DNA of 58,206 nucleotides from Klebsormidium nitens (GCA_000708835.1 DF237508.1:1-58206), one strand, 5' to 3'. Shown: positions 42,215-55,600, counted from the stretch's first letter. The notes: a model not told the origin generated them from the sequence alone. Program-made: numbers and translations.

Positions 42215-45200
42215 TCATTTTCTGAATATCCTGTAGCTGCCCCCGTGTTCTTTCATAATCAGCTTGACCTCCTTGAACCGGGAATTGCTGACGCGGCAGT
42301 TCAGCAGCATGCGAATGCCCTTGCGGCAGATCTTCTCGTGGAGGACCTCCGCTAAGATCGCCCTCTGTACGTCCCGCGTCTTCCCGTTCTCGCCGTGCCG
42401 CACATGATAGTCGTCGTGCCAGTCCTACACAGCGAGGGAAACACCACCTCAAACCGCCACCTTGAGCACAACACTTTCGAACAGTTTGGACGCTGCCAAA
42501 AACCTCGAGACAAACAGATTTGGAATAACTTCGAAGAACACAAGGGGGAGAAGAGGAGCGTAAAAGTTAAGAAGACCCGTCCGCAAGCTTGTCAACAACC
42601 AGATTCTACAAATATGAGCACCCCGCAAAAAGGAAAGAGCATCATCTAAACCGCAACGCAAGCTCTATCTCGAATCCTGGCACCTCATGTTCGGTATTTC
42701 TCGATGCGCGGCTCGCATACAATTCCTGCAGGCCGACGTCTTGCAAAGAGACGCTGGTTACAAAGCCTGAACAACGGCGCAGCAATTGCATGGACTCATT
42801 GGTTTTTACTGAAGTAGAGAAAGTTTCAAAGCCAGCGTGTCAACCCCAAGATCATATGCTGGATCGAGCCCCACAGTCCGCGCATCCTTCTGCCTTTTCC
42901 CCTTCTTCCTCCTCAGGAGAACGTTCCTTGAAATACTGCCAGGGGTCTCACCTGCACCAGTCCGGGGGACTCCTTGAGCAGCTCCTTGAGGCGGCAGATG
43001 TTGCTATTCCGCGCGGAGTCTGAGCAGCAGGTGACGTCCAGCAGGCTCTGCGTCTTGAACGCCGTGTCGCCCTTCATGCACCGCAGCTGGTGGCCCTTGC
43101 AGCAATCCTGCACGAGAAGCGCAATTTGATATTTTATCGAGTATTTTTATCAGTTCCGCTCTAGTTGTCGCATGATGAGAAAAAAGGTAACCGCTTTCTT
43201 GTTCAGACACTTCCAAGAGGGGAATCGAGGCCCAGCAAAGCAGCACACGCCACTGTTTGTTTCGTGTGCAAAACTTCGACCATTACGGAGATGGGAAACG
43301 GACGTGCAGATTCACACCCCAGTTTTTTCAAACAAGTTGACACGCAGCCTAGAGAACACATTCTTCTTTTGGAGAGTAGACTGCAAGAGAATTCTTAGGA
43401 GGAAAATGCAGAGGTCTTTGTGGCTCTAGAGAGAGAAAGCCTAGTACAAAGCAGGTTTCAAACGGATAACTGCGAGAAGGTGATTCAAAAGCGAAGCGCC
43501 AATAGTAGGCAGATTCACTGCGAGTATGACTGTTACGAGTAGTCCCACGTGGCCAGAAACTGAGGGCAAGAGAGCCGATCATTTGAATGTAAACTGGCCT
43601 TGAATGGTAGTGACGTACAATAATCAACAAGGCGGCATTCATAAGCGGTGCATTCAATCCCTGTGATGCATCAAACCAGAGTAAGCGGACTTGATTATAA
43701 GTGATTCTTTGAACTTCATAATCTGTTTTTTTTACCAGAAACAAGAGGCTCCGCAGACTCATCCTCCCCAATCTTTGCTCAGACATACAAGGACGATTCA
43801 TCCGTCCGCTACAGTTAAGGTGACTTTTTGACACCACAATTTGAGTAGAGTATTCTGGTCAAGAGCAACCTCTTCCTCGCATGGTCCTGTTGCTTTGATT
43901 CTCTGATTCTGAACCCGAATATTTTGTCCTTCTGAAGAACAGCTCACCTCTGGCTTTACGCTCTGCAATACTCAGAGACGAAAAAGTCCAGGAGGGCGCC
44001 ACACTACACAAGCCGCTCAAGCGGACCTTACAGAAGCCCTTGTCGAGGGGTTAAGTGCATCGAACCCTAATTAAGGGCATGCCCTACTGACTCGCACCTG
44101 GACTTTCATGAGCTCCGAATCACCTCTCCTACAGGAATCTAGATAGCCGCCAGCTGACAACCATCGGTTGAAAGGCACCGATGCATTTGAGCAGTAAATC
44201 AAGGGTTTAGGGTTTTGGGGTTTTTCAAACCCTCACCTTAACCTCTATGAGCTCCCGGTCCGCTATCCTGCCATACTTCATGGGGTGCAGATGCTCCAGC
44301 TCGTGGTTCTTCATCATTGTCTCCGACCACTCCTCCAGCCGGCCCTTGTGACTACGTCGACTTCGGGCGTAGAAGTAACCCAGGGACACACCTAAGAGGT
44401 TCACAGCTGCAGCAAACCATGGGAGTGCATTAGTGGGGTCCGTATGCAGGTGTGATCTATACTGCAGTGCAAATTTGCAGAGCGTCCATTGGGAAGGAGT
44501 AGGAGTTTGATTGTGACTAGGAAAGCCCTGCTAAGCTGCTTCAATAGACTAGAGTCTTTTACTAGACTTTTGTTAGATAGAAGGGAGTAACAAGGTAAGC
44601 GGATGATATCTGCAGATAAAAAGTTCCACTCACTATGGCTACATTTTAGCACCAGCAGATTCTGAGATCTCACCAATCTGTGAACCCCTCTGGCAACGAG
44701 CCCCCCCTCCTTTCCTAGAATAGGCAAGCATTCCCAAGGAGATACTAATCAGCCCTTTGGGCCTGACGAACCAAAGAGAAAGCCAGACCTTACGCCCCAG
44801 CTAGCCCAGACCTCAATAAGTCACCTGCTTTGACGCAGTATGAAGGAGCGTCCTCCCCATCAGCAAGCGGCCCTCGCAGCACCTTCATGTTTGCTCTGCA
44901 CCATTGTTGGGCGAATTCCTGCAGGGGCCGTGAGGAGACATAAGATACAGCAAACTTGGCGAGATCACACGACAGATTCAAGCTGCATTAGACAGATCTA
45001 TCACGCTGGAACTGGTCAATGTAGCTTATGTTAGGCCCTCCAAATGTGCTTAACTTCAATGCAGTCTCTCTGGAAAGTTTAGATGCAAAAGAACCTACTC
45101 AAAGTCAGCATTTTTATCCATTTAAATGAAGACAGCAACTGATCTACATACAATCTGAGTGTGCTTACCTCAAATGCCCGCCCGTACCGAGTCTTCCTCT

Positions 45201-45935
45201 CCCCCTCAGCCATCTTCTCATTTTTCTTCCTCTTCTTAGCCGGCTTCTCCGCAGCTCGGATGGATTCCATCTGAAGCACAAAGATTGTTTTTGGACAAAT
45301 GCTCACCTAGACACTGTCACAATCAAGAGTCCACAATGACCTTGAAAGTTGAAACTACCTTCCTATGTGCACCTTCATTGTACTCAGTCCCGGCTAGCCA
45401 GCACGCTTGTCCAACTTCATTTGGTAAAACAAGCACACACAAAGAACCCTAAGGAAACTCTTTGCTCTCAGAATTTGGTACTAGCCTGAAGGTGATTAAC
45501 TGCTAAGCCAGCAACAGAATGCAGGAAAAGAGCAATTACCTCTGCTTCCAAAGCCTCCAGCTCTTCTGGATGAGCCAGATACCTCTTCTGCAGGCACCCA
45601 CAGCTGCAGACATACTTTGCTGGAACAGACACCTGCAATGCCATTGGTTCATTGCTAGGAATCCCCGCAACAACAGCAACGTTCTCCATTGCCTGTGTAC
45701 CCATCCCCTGCCCCATGTAGTAATTCTGCCCCAGCGCGGGGCCATGCTCATCCCCTTGCGATTGGCTGACATCAGCATGATGCGAGAGCTGAGGTTGGGC
45801 TGCTGGATGGGCTAGCTGCTGGTACTGCTGAGCTACCAAGGCCATGCTTTGTTGCATGCCGTACTGACTGCCTTCATGCCCATGTTGGTCGCTTTCTAAG
45901 GCCAGCTGACCAGGGGTTTCGACCTGGTCGGCCAT
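42215..45935 (-). CDS. Uncharacterised multi-exon protein (~340-370 aa): Q/H-rich N-terminus, KKRKK NLS-like motif, basic Cys/His-containing C-terminal region
   Basis: Exons 45935-45633 (or open to 45540), 45270-45169, 44918-44825, 44391-44237, 43107-42952, 42424-42215. Splice sites are canonical and phases consistent. The 3' boundary of exon 1 is uncertain and no family was recognised. Confidence 0.7.
44203..44225. repeat. Telo-box-like tract just inside an intron donor
   Basis: GGGTTTAGGGTTTTGGGGTTTTT, which reads AAAAACCCCAAAACCCTAAACCC on the sense strand, ~12 nt after the donor at 44236. Confidence 0.55.
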
Positions 45936-46138
45936 GGCGGAGGATGTGGTTGACAGGGCAATATATGGCAGCTCAGGCTCAGTTCAAAATTGCACCCTGG
46001 TAAGTTGCTGTCTAATATCTAGTATTACAGCTTCCAAAAGAGGAAGCTTGCTCAATCGAAGACCCAGACCTGCTCCCAGGGCCACACCTTCGCAGCAGCC
46101 TCCGTCCGAAAGACGCCTTTCTTCTCCAGCGTCAAAGC

Positions 46139-46192
46139 AGCCTCTTTCTGATCTTGCTCAGGTTTAGCCTCTTTCTGATCTTGCTCAGGTTT
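46139..46192. repeat. Perfect 27-bp tandem duplication in the divergent promoter region
   Basis: AGCCTCTTTCTGATCTTGCTCAGGTTT x2. Confidence 0.9.
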
Positions 46193-46700
46193 TGAATCGG
46201 TTGTCTAATTTTGGGGTTCCAGATTGTTGTCAGCTTCTGGGTTTACATACGATCAGCCTACTTGACCGGCGTCTCGACTCCCGGCTCAACCTGATATATT
46301 CCTTAACCCACCAAGCATTCATAACCCAGATTCTAACTTACACATCAAAATCGGGTTACCCTTCTCGTCAACGTCTTCCTTGGCGTCTTTACCAGCTGCC
46401 AATGGCAATGGTTAAATGATGGAGCCCCTTTCCAATTCCGTCAGGTTGAGAAGGCGGCTTTGCTAGACACAGGCACTTGTCTAGCTCGCGTTGCAGCTTG
46501 TCGGGAGATCGAAGAGCGCTTTGCCTTCAAATCCAAGGTCTTTCAAGGTTTTCAACTTGAAGGTCTTCGAGAATCGAGTTTTAATAGGCGGCAAATCCTG
46601 GTTCTTTTTCCCTTCCCCTTCCCCTTGCTCGCTCGGACGTCCTCAGGAGCACGTAAGAGTACCGTATTCTTTTCATCGTGGTTTTCTTCTTGAGGACAAC

Positions 46701-49700
46701 ATGGAAATTGCACCAGACGCTGCCGGGGCGGCCGCTTCTGTGTCCACTTTTGATCTGAATGCCGGCACCGCGGATATGGGGGTTCCCGCTGGTGGAGATG
46801 CAAATGTGGAACATCAGCCAGCTGTGGATGGCCAGGCTGCCCCAATGGCTGTTGACGGGGTTCAGTACAGCTCTCTACCAGAAGGTGTGCGACATACTCG
46901 TTGGCGGTCTTGTCGTCTGAGGTGCATTTGAGTGCAAGTCTTATCCTCTTTGCAATGGACAAAGTCTCTCCAAGTTCCATCTTGTCCTTCGCAATTGTTC
47001 CAAATATTGCGGTTCCTGTGATGGTTGCAAATGATGTCCATTTTGACCTGGATCTATTTTGAAGATGTCTTGATGGGAATGGTGGTAGTGACTGCAGGGT
47101 TTTTCCCGTCCAGTTGAAGAAACTTTTTTCTTGATTGATTCGTTTTAGAAACTTTATAGACTTTCTTATCTTGGTTTGATCTGCAAATGCATATACCATC
47201 TGGAATATTCTTTCACTTCCATACTTAATTTCACGGACCCCTTGCAGATGCTCTGGCGCCAGCTTCTGAGAATCCTGCGTCACCTGCTGCTGCTTCAGTG
47301 CCGCCAACTACTCCTGCACCAGCTTCCACGCCAGTCAAATCGCCGGTGAAGGTGGAGACCAAGGAGGACCAGCTGTGGAAGACGGTCACTGCAAACCCTG
47401 GCGATTTCAATGCGTGGACACAAAGTCCTTCGGGACTGATTGCGGAGACGGAGAGGCTGGTAGGTTCCTTCATGTCTTGACCAACTGATTTGCTCTCCTC
47501 CGGCTCATCAAAGTTAATTCACTTTTTGCAGGCTACTTAGGGATGCATCTTGTGAGGCAGTGCTGATCTCTGCTGTAAATTTGATCAAAGTGAACTTGCT
47601 ATATCTGATTGTTCTGTCTTTGCCTGAAGACTTTTGCTGCTTGTACGTGCAGGGTGACATTGAGAAGATCCGTCATGTCTACGACACTTTCCTATCAGAG
47701 TTTCCCCTGTGCTTCGGCTACTGGAAGAAGTATGCGGATCACGAGCTGCACCATGGAGACGTGAACAAAGTGTTTGAAGTGTACGAGAGAGCTGTTCAAG
47801 CCGTGACCCATTCCGTTGACATCTGGGTGGCCTACATGGCGTTTGCGGCGGAGAGGTCCCATGAACCTGATGAGACTCGCAAGTGAGCATCAGCTGAATC
47901 CTCTTTTAACTTTCTGTCGTCAGTGTTCTCAAGCGCATGTCTAAGGGTCGCAAGTACTGGTCAGCATGAGCTTTAGCTTCTTGTGACAAGAGTACCTGCC
48001 TTGCTGCTGAGACGGTTAGTTACGTCAGATCTTCTGGGGTCTCAAGCACCATTTGATGCCCTGAGTTGGATATTTGCCCTGACTTTATCGCTCTTGCAGA
48101 CGTTCAAGGGTAAGGTATGGTTTCCCTTGCTCCTGACAATCTGCAAAGCTTGCCGCAACATAAATGGGTTCACGTATTTGAGCTATCTTGTCCGTTGAGC
48201 AGCAGACAGCGCATCATTCTGCATATGTCGTTCTGTGAGGCAACTGTTCAGATCAGATACCATCTGCTCAGCATCTTGTGGTGCATTCTTGGCTGAGTTG
48301 AGCACAGGCTTACTGTCCTGATCTTGCTGCTTCCAAAGTGTGATTGAACCTTGCCACGACCACGGAAGGAGCGGTCCTCAACCTGCCTATTGTATGTGGC
48401 TCAAAGGAGAGGTAAATCTTGGTTGTGAGAGGCATCTAGAATGCAACAACTAAACACTCATGCTGTTTTTGCTGCCTCAGTTATGGACCTGTCTTTTGAG
48501 CCCTGGTCCTTTCAGCAAGAAGAGAAACTGGACTGGGCATGTGTACACTCTGCACACATCAAATTATGAGTAGGTTGGTATTTGCAGCATGGAACCTGTT
48601 GCAGGGTGAACAAGACTTCCACCACATGCTGATGCACTTTCCTCAATGTGCAGGCTTTTTGAAAGGGCCCTCGCAATCGCGGGGAATGACTACAAGGGGC
48701 ACCCCCTTTGGGACAAGTACATTGAGTTTGAATCGTCCCGGGAAGAGTGGAGCAATGTAGCACAGCTCTACACAAGAGTGCTACAGCTGCCAATCTGGAA
48801 AGTGGAATTCTACTGGGACAAGTAAGCTGCTAATCTGACGACTTGCTGCTCTCTTCAATTGCTGCATCCATTCAGGATTGTTGCCTTCGCATGTTTGGGG
48901 TGCAAAGCAGTCTGCAAGCCTGTGAGATTTTTGCCTGACTTCGTCGGATTCTGCACACGGTTCTGCTCTGGACTGAGCGGGCCAGGTTGAGCCCTGAATA
49001 TGGTCCTCAAGAATCCGTTTGCTTTGCCTCAGGTTCAAGGACCTGGTCGAGAAGCATCCTCTGTCTGACATCCAGACGGCTGACGAGAAGGCTGCTCAGG
49101 CGGTCCCGCCAGAAGGCGAGGAAGCTCCTGGGAGCGAACCTGCTAAGACTGAGGCCGAGATGAAGGCCGAGTACCTCGCTTCCAGAGAGGCCTTGTTCAA
49201 AGTCAGCAAGGAGGAGAAGAACAAGGTCAAGCGCTTCGAGGAGGCGATTACGAGGCCCTATTTCCACGTGAAGGCACTGGACGAGTCGCAGATCTCAAAT
49301 TGGCACAAGTATTTGGACTTCATTGAGGAGGAGGTTGAGCTTCCAAAGGTGAGGCTGGTCGGCTGCACACAACCTGTGAAACCTGGATGCCAAATTTGAT
49401 TCCCTGCCAGCGAATCTATTCAAGTAACATCATTCGCGTACAGGGACCAGTCTGAAAACGGCCCTGAGAGACGACAACTGCTCGAAGTGAAGAATCTTAC
49501 CTTAGACGGATGGCAGGTGGGACTTTAATTCGTGATTCTTCCTGTGTGCCCTCCGTCTAGAGAATTTCTCTGCTTTCAATCAACTTCGTCCTGACAACCT
49601 CTGACACACTCTACAGGCTCTCAAGACGTACGAGCGCGCCGTCATCGCCACTGCCAACTACCCCGAGTACTGGATCCGCTACGTCCAGTTTCTGGAGTCC

Positions 49701-51608
49701 AAGGCCGACCTGGAGCAGGCGCGCAGCATCCTGCACCGCGCCACCGGGACGTTTGTCAAGCGCAAGCCTGACATCCACCTGTTCGCCGCGCGCTTTGAGG
49801 AGTCTTATGGAAACACCGATGCGGCGCTGGCCTCCTTCGAGCTGCTGCAAAAGGACGTGGCACCGTCGCTTCTGGAGGCGATCTTCAAGCACGCCAACTT
49901 CCTGAACAGGCAGGGCAAGCCCGACGCGGCCGTGGCCGTGTACGAGGCCGCGTTTGCTGCCGAGAGCGCGAAGGAGGAGAGCAAGACCCTGCCGTTCCTG
50001 GCCCTGCAATACGCCCGGTTCCTGTACCACTCCCTGAATCAGATCGACAAGGCACGGGAGGTGTACACCACCGCCCTAGAGAAAGTTTCGACGTCGAAGG
50101 TGCTCTGGGAGGGGGCCATTCTGCTCGAGTCGCTGCTGCCGGGCGAAGACCGAGTGGGCCGGGTGCAGGGTCTGATTCAGAAGGCTCTGGCGGCAACGAC
50201 AGCGGCCGGAACGCCAGCCTTGGCTGCTACCGACCGGGAGGAGCTGTCTGCTTACTCGATCGAGGTGAGGCGAAAGCGTTCTGCGAATTCAACGGTTCTT
50301 GCAATTTTGTACTTGAACGTCTACGAGTGTTTCCTGCCTTGCATTCTGCAGCGGGTCGCCTCCTGCTGTCCTGCTCTTGAAGGAGAGCAGTTGACCGTTT
50401 TTTACCATTCAAAACCGGAATGGGTCATCGCTTCTCCTTGTCCTCGCAAATTCGTTATCGCCTGTGTTGCTGGCGACCTGCATCATTCCTAACGCCTAAC
50501 CCTTACCTCGTATACGATGCGCTCCATCTGTTCCAGACAGCACGGACTGCTCGATTCCTGACTCTCACTCACGCCGGTCTCTGCCCAGGTTGCTGACCTG
50601 TACGGCGACATCGCCACCGTCCGCAAGACAGAAGCGGAGCACCGCAAAGTCTTCCCACCCAAGCGGCCCGTGGCGCCGGACACCCGCAAGCGGGCCGCCG
50701 AGACGACGCCGCAGCCGAGCAAACACAAGCCGTACGAGCGCTCCCCTTCCGCCGGAGCCTATGCCAACGGAGGCTACGGCTATCAGGGCTACCAGGCTCC
50801 GCATCAGGCTTACCAAGCGCCGGCGGCTGCTGCGGCACCCGCCCCAGCGCCGTACTATCCTCCGGTAAGTGCGGTATACAAGCTTGACATTGGTTTTCGA
50901 GTGCTGAGACCAGTCTAGATTGGTCGTACCTGTCTGGACTTTTGAGTTCTGATGAGTCAGTTGCCCTTCCACTCCCATCAAAAGATCTGCCAGGCAGGCT
51001 GAAGTGAGTGATGGCAACACAAAACTTCTGAGAGAGCAGCATGGAATCCAGTGAATAGGACTGGTCCAATTGGCAGATCCAGTGCATCCGCGAAGTTGGT
51101 TATCTGCTCGCTTCATGTTTTTTGTCGGACGCAATATGATGGTCTCTTACCCGGTTGTGCAGAGTGCTTACCAGCAGCCGGCTGCCTATCCGGGCTACTA
51201 CCCGCCTCAGCAACCGGCGCAACCATACTACCCACCAAGCTATCAACAACCGGTAGGTCTCCTTCCTTGATGCTGGATTTGCTTTTCGTCAAGCCTTATT
51301 TCGACCGTGCTGTGATTGTTGAGACCTGTTCGTACGGATGGAGACGCTGTCATGGCTGGGAAGATTCGCATCAGAGTGTTTTTTCTTTTTCCCGTACTCG
51401 ATGCTGGCTTGGGGTCTTCTGGAAGCATCATTTTACCCAGTGACGAGGCGTTCCTGGCTCGTCTCTTCAGTGTGATTCCTTTCAGCGTGCTTGTGCATCT
51501 CCTGACGTTGATGTTGATGAACTGCAGGCTTACCCTCCTGCACCCGCTCCAGCAGCAGCACCAGCAGCTGCACCACCGGCCCCCTACTACCCGGGCTACT
51601 ATCAGTAG
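46701..51608 (+). CDS. PRP39: Pre-mRNA processing factor 39 (U1 snRNP HAT-repeat protein), 9 exons, ~734 aa
   Basis: Exons 46701-46884, 47248-47459, 47653-47882, 48654-48821, 49033-49348, 49617-50264, 50589-50864, 51163-51252, 51528-51608. Motifs YDTFLSEFPLCFGYWKKYADHE, VYERAVQAVTHSVDIW, HPLWDKYIEFE, FEEAITRPYFHVKALD..Q..NWHKYLDF, YERAVIATANYPEYWIRY. Y/P/Q-rich tail. Confidence 0.93.
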
Positions 51609-51756
51609 ATACAGGCCCTTGTTTGTTGTGTCTGCGTATGCAATTCAAAGATGGTCAAGGGTCAGAATTGAGCAGTCTTTTGAACAGGATAGCATGACTG
51701 TCGCGTGAGCTGAACTAACTTGTTGCTTGTCAAACAAGTCATTCCATATTCTGTTC

Positions 51757-51800
51757 TTACGGGAGCCGTGTTTGTTTCTTACGGGAGCCGTGTTTGTTTC
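51757..51800. repeat. Perfect 22-bp tandem duplication downstream of the PRP39 stop
   Basis: TTACGGGAGCCGTGTTTGTTTC x2. Confidence 0.9.
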
Positions 51801-52684
51801 ATGCTACACCCAAAAACACTCATTGTAACAGGCTATTTGCATGAAGCGTTTTCATTGCACGTTCTTTCAAGCAATAGAATAATAGAATCTGATTCTATTG
51901 AAGGATCTCGCGAAGGGTGCTTACCCAAAACATGGTCCAGTAAGGAGCCTGCAACCAAGATGACATGATCCAACTGAGAGGTATTCCAAGTTCGGTCATG
52001 GTACATGCCTCAAATGCGAACGGACCGGCCATTGGATCATGCAATGCGCGTGCACCGTGGCACGAGCTCGATTGTCCAATTCGGACTGATTAATGGGGAT
52101 TCCCATGGGGAGCTTATTATATAGTGGCAGTATCAGCAGGCTGATTGCATGCATGGTACCGTACAATTAAGCCTGTAACGTACGCCGTCTGCACAAAAAT
52201 ATATATGGACAGAATGTTCGCCGTCGACATGGTACATATACAGGATAGCTAAGTAAACGCAGTTGCGGTTGATCGGAATGCATGCATGTGCGTGCCACAT
52301 CATCTTATGAATGCATCAAATATAAGAAACTGCCTCGTGCCTGCATGATGTGCCTGCATCTAGCAGTTGCCGCCCAATTGCATAGCCGCATATAATGTGC
52401 AGGGATACCTGCATATTTGAAGCCTGTGGATCGAGACCTCCGATTGCGATGCGGACGCAACTACCAAAAGCATGGCGGCTGATTGTGGCATCATCTCCCC
52501 GCTGCATCAAACGGACTGGTCGAAAACATACCGCCGATTATCATTGCGTCAGACGGCAATCCGACCACTCGATCGATTCCCGCATTTCATCTCCGAAATT
52601 GAAAGTGTCTCCTATGGTACACATGACCGGCCAACCGATGCTGCACGCCCCTCTCGGACACCCAGTATCAACACCCCTTCGTAA

Positions 52685-55600
52685 CTATCTAGACATTTTC
52701 AAGTCGTCTTGTACAAAAGCTTGTACAACGTCGTCAATACTCCTGCAGGGAAGCCAAACATGGGGTATTCATTGCACAATAATGCCGACAAACGCATGGG
52801 CCTTTCTCAGGTTACGACGAAGATATATTAGTGCCTCCCTTCCAGTGCCGCAACAAAGTGTCAACCTGAGAGCGTGCGCTCATCCGTACGGCACTTGCAT
52901 GCTAGGTCTCAAACCGTCGGCTTTTGGATTCGGTAGAACCATACAGCTCGCACCAACGATGGACAAAAGTCGCCAACTACGAAAAAGGGTGCGGAGCGCA
53001 GAGTGTCTCATCTTACCGGTCTGCCTCGAAGCCCAGGCTGCTAGCCACCGGTGTCTCGATCCGACCGGGCCAGGAACTTACGATCCGCTCAATATCTGGC
53101 TGCTTTTCCAACCGGACCTGGAAAGAAGTACAGCGGAAACGTCAGGCTGTCGTCACCCCCTCCGGCGCAGGTTGCCAACCCAACTAGAACAGAGTGTTCC
53201 AAAGCAGAAGCCGGACGAGAGTTGCACGGTGGACTTGACTTAACGTGGCAAAGTGGAAAGGGGTGGCAAGGGGCTACTTACAAGTGGGTCCAAAGACTGC
53301 CGGCTCACATTTTCTCTCTCTCACCATATTCTGCACTTTGCAGAGCCGTTGCTCTTTTACCGGAGAAGCAAACGGGCGAGCTAGTGACTTTCCTAGCACG
53401 GGTGCAAAGTCAATAATCAAACAAAGACTCGGCTTCTTTGGCAGCAGGATTGCCGGATGATTGCTTGATCGCTCGCTTGGGAGTCCGTTCAAGCAAACAC
53501 GGAGCCCACTGACCACTTCTTCCTTTCTTTTGGTCTTAAAGCACAAATGTAGCACAGATATAGTCAGGTGCGTGGATTACAACCGCAATCCTCAAAATTC
53601 CTATGTGTAAGTCCTGGCGACGATCTCATAAGCGATCAGGAAGCGGCATCGCTTACCAGCTCTCGCCGGCCGCCTGCCCGCACCATAGCGTCAACCAGCT
53701 CTCCTGCCGTTACCTGCGGGCGCGATCAAAGGCGAATTGGATGACGGCGTAGTACTCCAATGTTCTCTTTGATTTGATCCGCTTCCCTTTCATTTTCTGG
53801 TGGGAAGTTGTGGCCTACCCTTCCGCTCGACAGAGGAAGGCGCCGCAACCTCTTTTGGAGCTTTATGCTCCTTTTGACACGACACGCTCCTTCCGGCAGC
53901 AGATTTGAGAAGCAAACAAGAATCTAATCTCGGTCGGAAAAGACCAGTTCACCCTTGGCCCGTCAGTCAAATAGACCCTAAGTGGATTTTCTGATTTTCT
54001 GGAGCCACTTATAGACAGCAAACGCGTTTCTGAGGGGCTGTCCTCAATAAACTGTTGCTCGTGAAAACCAGAACAGAGTCTAAGGAAGAGGAGAAGAGTG
54101 ACCCGTTAAGTGGTAGTGCGATTGACGGCAATGATTAAGCCCTTCCTTTAGCTAGGTAACCCAGCTTTCGTCTCGACCAACCCGGCTGCCTTTGAGTGCC
54201 TTTATTTCATGAACCAGGTGCGGTTAGGGTAGGGGTTACTCACCGATAATCCGGGCAAGGTTATGACCAGGGGCCCGGTTCCGGCCGGTAGTTTGTGCGC
54301 TCGTATCAGGTTCTCGACCACTTTCCGAGGGGACTGCGCAACAGAAAGGCAGCATCGGATTCCTAGCTCATTGGCTGACGTCAGCAAGAGGCGATCGTGA
54401 CGTCCCCGGAGGAGACGCTTGTGTCAATGTCAACTGCGATGTCCGGATGGCTCCAAAAGAGTGTCCTTAGCCTGAGTCACGCAGTTGCATCAAATCACAA
54501 AACTTCGGAATCGAAGTGTTTGAGACTATCGCCCTTCCTTTACGCAAGGGGAGGTGTAAGTAGAAGAATTCAGCCGCTCTTCATTTCTGGAGCTCGGCTA
54601 CACCTGGTTATGTACAATCCATCCTAAGACCTCAATCCGTCATTCCCAGTCTTACGGGCGCTGACATCAGCGGACCCCTAATGCCAGAGTCGTGAAAGCT
54701 GACGGGAAGAAGCACGCCGGGCAGGTCAACAAAGAGAGATCGCACCTTGTCAGATACTTTGGGGGGGGTTTGGTCTCCGTTGGGGACCTTCTGGCTCTGG
54801 TACGTACCTGTATCCAGACGGGCGTGTCGAGATCCACCGGGCAAACGGAAGGTTGCCCTTGAAGCGGCTCGCGAATGATGCCCGAAGCGAAAGAAGAAGC
54901 CGCTTTGTTCGGCCTGCAAAAGTCACGTAGTTTTCGTGGCCTTTCCAGTCAGCGTCTCGATCTGCGAAGTCAACGACTTAAGGGCTGGCCCTTTTTAACG
55001 CCGCTACTGTGAAGGACTTTCTAACTGCTTCTACTCTAGAGTGGAAGACTAGCGCCGCGTTCGGTGCCGTTTGTCTCTCAGCTGAACGGAAAGCGCGATC
55101 AGGAGTAACTCTTTAGGAGGGGCTTTCAGATGGCTGGGAAGACCTCTTTTCGCATCAGTTATAGCGGAGGTCTCTGAGATGGAGAGGAGGGCCCGGACTC
55201 TAGTTGACAAAGCCGCATCTGTAAAAACTCCAGAGAAAATACCTGAATACGAAAGAAGGGCTCAATCAGCAGGCTCAACGAACTAGAGCGGGGCTCACTT
55301 TCCCGGCCGGACGACGACTGTGGGCAATCGGACGGCCCGCCCGTCGATGAAGCCCTTCCGAGTAGCATCCGCAACCAACAACTCTGCCATGCCTTTCTGC
55401 GAACGTACAAAAGCAGACAGATATTTGTTGGTAAGGATAGAAAACAGACTGGCTTGACCATTCGCCTTCATAGCTTGCAGGCCTTCATCCTTTTAACAGT
55501 GGGAAGATGCTTACTCGGGACGGTTGTGAACCAGTGTTCTACTTTCGATGTTTTGCCTTTCAACCCGTCCGCTGCTTTTGATTTAGTGGGTGGTTACTTC

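Noticed and set aside
52395-53243. 282-aa plus-strand ORF (also 46552-47307 on the minus strand)
   Set aside because: It overlaps introns and exons of a well-supported gene on the other strand, has no recognisable motif and has an intron-like composition.
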